Positions 18,014 to 19,232 of a DNA stretch of 19,232 nt are shown here, in pieces. The stretch comes from Thermodesulfobacteriota bacterium (GTDB lineage: Bacteria; Desulfobacterota_D; UBA1144; Nemesobacterales; N074bin48). Location of the stretch: the NCBI GenBank assembly GCA_041572575.1, contig JBFFSH010000048.1:1-19232 (forward strand), read 5' to 3'. The notes below the pieces were generated by a model. The model was not told the origin of the DNA. It saw nothing but the letters and a program-made list of their open reading frames with translations, and ran no database searches. The number at the start of each line of letters is the position of its first letter. Position 1 is the first letter of the stretch. Position numbers and translations under genes: made by a program.

Positions 18014-18646
18014 CTATTTAATATCCTTCAGCTTTTCTTCAAATTTACGCTTGTCCTCATCCTTTCTAGACTTAGATACTTGTTCTTGTGTAATGCCTAG
18101 ATTCTCCATGATCATTAATTGTTTTTTTAATTTTTTTTCTACGGCCATATCCAATATTTCACGCATCTCAGATTGACTTGGGACTTCTATTGTTTCAGGT
18201 TTTCGATAGGACCTAGTATATACAGCTCCATCCTTCAAAATAATGTTGTTGTTCGGATTATAATCCTTTTTGCATAACACAGGAATTTCATTAAATTCGA
18301 ATACCTTAATAACAGCAAAACTCTTATTTTTATATGGAAGCTTAAATACATCAATATTTACATAGGGATCAGAATAAACATCTACAAAACTTGCAATATT
18401 ATCTTTTGTATATGTATTTAAAACATTGTTTTCGAGACCTGTACATGTATAACTATCATCATCATTACGATCCACTCCAATTATTATATTACCTCCATCG
18501 CGAATGTTGCTCATTCCTAAGATTGTTTTAGTTATTTTCGCTTTGAATTCTTTATTTCTATTATTCCATGGAATAGACGTCTTAAAATCTATATTTCTTC
18601 TTTCCTGTCCGAATTCCAGAATATCTTTTAAATCATTTGCAGTCAT
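18014..18646 (-). CDS. Stand-alone Schlafen/AlbA_2 domain protein
   Basis: ERRNIDFK, KTILGMSN..DGGNIIIGVD, TGL, DP, F.VIKV, P...K and G.VYTR match the AlbA_2 (PF04326) pattern. It ends in a short charged helical tail and has no ATPase domain. Confidence 0.88.
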   Translation of the reverse strand: MTANDLKDILEFGQERRNIDFKTSIPWNNRNKEFKAKITKTILGMSNIRDGGNIIIGVDRNDDDSYTCTGLENNVLNTYTKDNIASFVDVYSDPYVNIDVFKLPYKNKSFAVIKVFEFNEIPVLCKKDYNPNNNIILKDGAVYTRSYRKPETIEVPSQSEMREILDMAVEKKLKKQLMIMENLGITQEQVSKSRKDEDKRKFEEKLKDIK

Positions 18647-18681
18647 AAATATATTTTATACAAGAATAGTAGTTGATCAAC
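18647..18681 (-). promoter_or_regulatory. Probable leaderless sigma70 promoter of the cassette operon
   Basis: Minus strand TTGATC (18680-18675), 16 bp, TAAAAT (18658-18653), 6 nt, ATG (18646), with no Shine-Dalgarno. A perfect palindrome GTTGATCAAC (18672-18681) covers the -35. Confidence 0.5.
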
Positions 18682-18707
18682 ATTAAATAGGGTCATCTCT
18701 CTGTATC

Positions 18708-18770
18708 CTTAACCCCAAAAATCCAAAGGTTTAGGGTTTAACCCCTGAGTTATGGGTTTTTGGGTCTAAG
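18708..18770. repeat. 63-bp repeat, right copy
   Basis: CTTAACCCCAAAAATCCAAAGGTTTAGGGTTTAACCCCTGAGTTATGGGTTTTTGGGTCTAAG; inverted partner of 17256-17318. Confidence 0.95.
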
Positions 18771-18855
18771 CAGTGCAAAAACTCCCAAAAGTGAAATTTT
18801 TTCAAATATTTTCAATTTCAGCGAAAAAAGTAAATCGGCGTAACTTGCTGTAAAT

Positions 18856-18902
18856 ACACAATATATGGTATAGTTTTGAAAATTGTATACAATATGTGTT
18901 TG
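18856..18902 (+). promoter_or_regulatory. Tandem NrdR-like boxes
   Basis: ACACAATATATGGTAT (18856-18871) and ATACAATATGTGTTTG (18887-18902) versus consensus acaCwAtATaTwGtgt. The starts are 31 bp apart, a typical NrdR tandem spacing, and the second box overlaps the -35. Confidence 0.65.
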
Positions 18903-18927
18903 ACAAAAAAGCTGGATTTGGTAACTT
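18900..18927 (+). promoter_or_regulatory. sigma70 promoter
   Basis: TTGACA (18900-18905), 16 bp, TAACTT (18922-18927), with extended -10 TG at 18919-18920. Confidence 0.65.
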
Positions 18928-18963
18928 TATAACTGGTACAACTGCGAAAGCACTTGAAAAAAG

Positions 18964-19000
18964 GCTCTCAGAACTTCTAAGTTTTGAGGGCTTTTTTTTT
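18964..19000 (+). terminator. Intrinsic terminator or attenuator hairpin
   Basis: GCTCTCAGAACT-TCTA-AGTTTTGAGGGC, a 12-bp stem with two G:U pairs, followed by T9. An A-run lies upstream, so it may be bidirectional. Confidence 0.8.
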
Positions 19001-19032
19001 GGTTCACTCCACGGGGTCTTTTTCTTTAACTA

Positions 19033-19091
19033 CGAGATTGCCACGTCGCGCACAGTCTTGATTTAAGAATTGCGGATGCGCTCCTCGCAAT
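19033..19091 (-). repeat. REP-like palindrome, inverted relative of 17117-17156, truncated at its outer end
   Basis: CGAGATTGCCAC (19033-19044) is the exact reverse complement of 17145-17156, and TCGCAAT (19085-19091) is the reverse complement of 17121-17127. The expected following GACA is missing. Confidence 0.7.
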
Positions 19092-19232
19092 TGTAGATGT
19101 CACATAATTCGCAGACAAAATACATAAGTAATTAAGTAGAGGGGGTATTTTGTTAAGATGCGAATAAACAGGAGTGATTTAAAACTTAAGAAAAACTATA
19201 TACAGAAGTACAGGTTTTTAATCAGTCAGTAC
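19092..19232 (+). mobile_element. Left end of a probable IS481-family insertion sequence
   Basis: It begins TGTAGATGTCA (IS481-family elements have TGT...ACA termini) exactly where the REP-like repeat breaks off, and a transposase-like ORF starts 66 bp inside. Confidence 0.55.
19158..19232 (+). CDS. 5' end of a probable IS481-family transposase, running off the window
   Basis: AGAGGGGG upstream; the frame is open to the window end as MRINRSDLKLKKNYIQKYRFLISQY. The NYIQKYRFLI..Y segment resembles N-termini I recall from a subgroup of IS481 transposases. Only 25 codons are visible. Confidence 0.55.
   Translation, partial: MRINRSDLKLKKNYIQKYRFLISQY

Larger units (their letters stand above)
17256..18770. 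mobile_element. Putative non-autonomous cassette bounded by inverted repeats (1,515 bp, two cargo genes)
   Basis: The inverted repeats tightly bracket a promoter and two genes. There is no transposase or recombinase inside and no clear target duplication, so mobility is inferred. Confidence 0.5.

Noticed and set aside
468..18686. Short antisense or alternative-frame ORFs in the track (e.g. 468-680, 4424-5182, 6581-6982, 8608-9033, 12955-13825, 14269-14598, 15526-16437, 17535-17717, 18504-18686)
   Set aside because: They overlap well-supported genes, lack motifs or an RBS, and look like shadow ORFs.
18728..18765. Eukaryotic telomere-like repeats (TTTAGGG, TTTTGGG)
   Set aside because: Only one or two imperfect units, embedded in a palindrome in a clearly bacterial context.
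17256..18770. Integron cassette with attC sites (ACTTAAC, matching RYYYAAC, follows the stop codon on the minus strand; size about 63 bp)
   Set aside because: The two sites are inverted rather than direct. The distal ends read GTCTAAG rather than GTTRRRY, and no integrase is visible. Not fully excluded without IntegronFinder.
18934..19091. tRNA or a known riboswitch (e.g. cobalamin)
   Set aside because: There is no cloverleaf or TTCGA arm and no B12-box, and the segment before the terminator is too short.

Overview
This is an AT-rich bacterial window. The gene content looks deltaproteobacteria-like (Desulfobacterota/Dadabacteria-like), which is inference only. Most of it is a housekeeping block: a sigma70-family factor, an NAD-dependent epimerase, two DUF4177-like genes, guaB-guaA, a zinc-ribbon/DUF3426-like membrane protein, a Ycf46-type AAA ATPase, leuA, RNase G/E, a TsaP-like LysM protein and meaB. 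The window starts in the 3' end of an IS1595-family transposase and ends in the 5' end of a probable IS481-family element. The notable part is the last 2.2 kb. It contains a cluster of REP-like palindromes, then a 1,515-bp segment bounded by 63-bp imperfect inverted repeats (55/63 identical by manual alignment). These repeats are self-palindromic and built from CCC/GGG runs about 8 bp apart. The segment carries only two abutting genes, a stand-alone Schlafen/AlbA_2 protein and a Trp-rich unknown partner, and is a candidate mobile two-component defence cassette. After it come tandem NrdR-like boxes over a strong promoter whose transcript meets a terminator after about 65 nt, and a REP-like repeat apparently interrupted by the IS481-like element. 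All family assignments come from motif recognition by eye; no searches were run.
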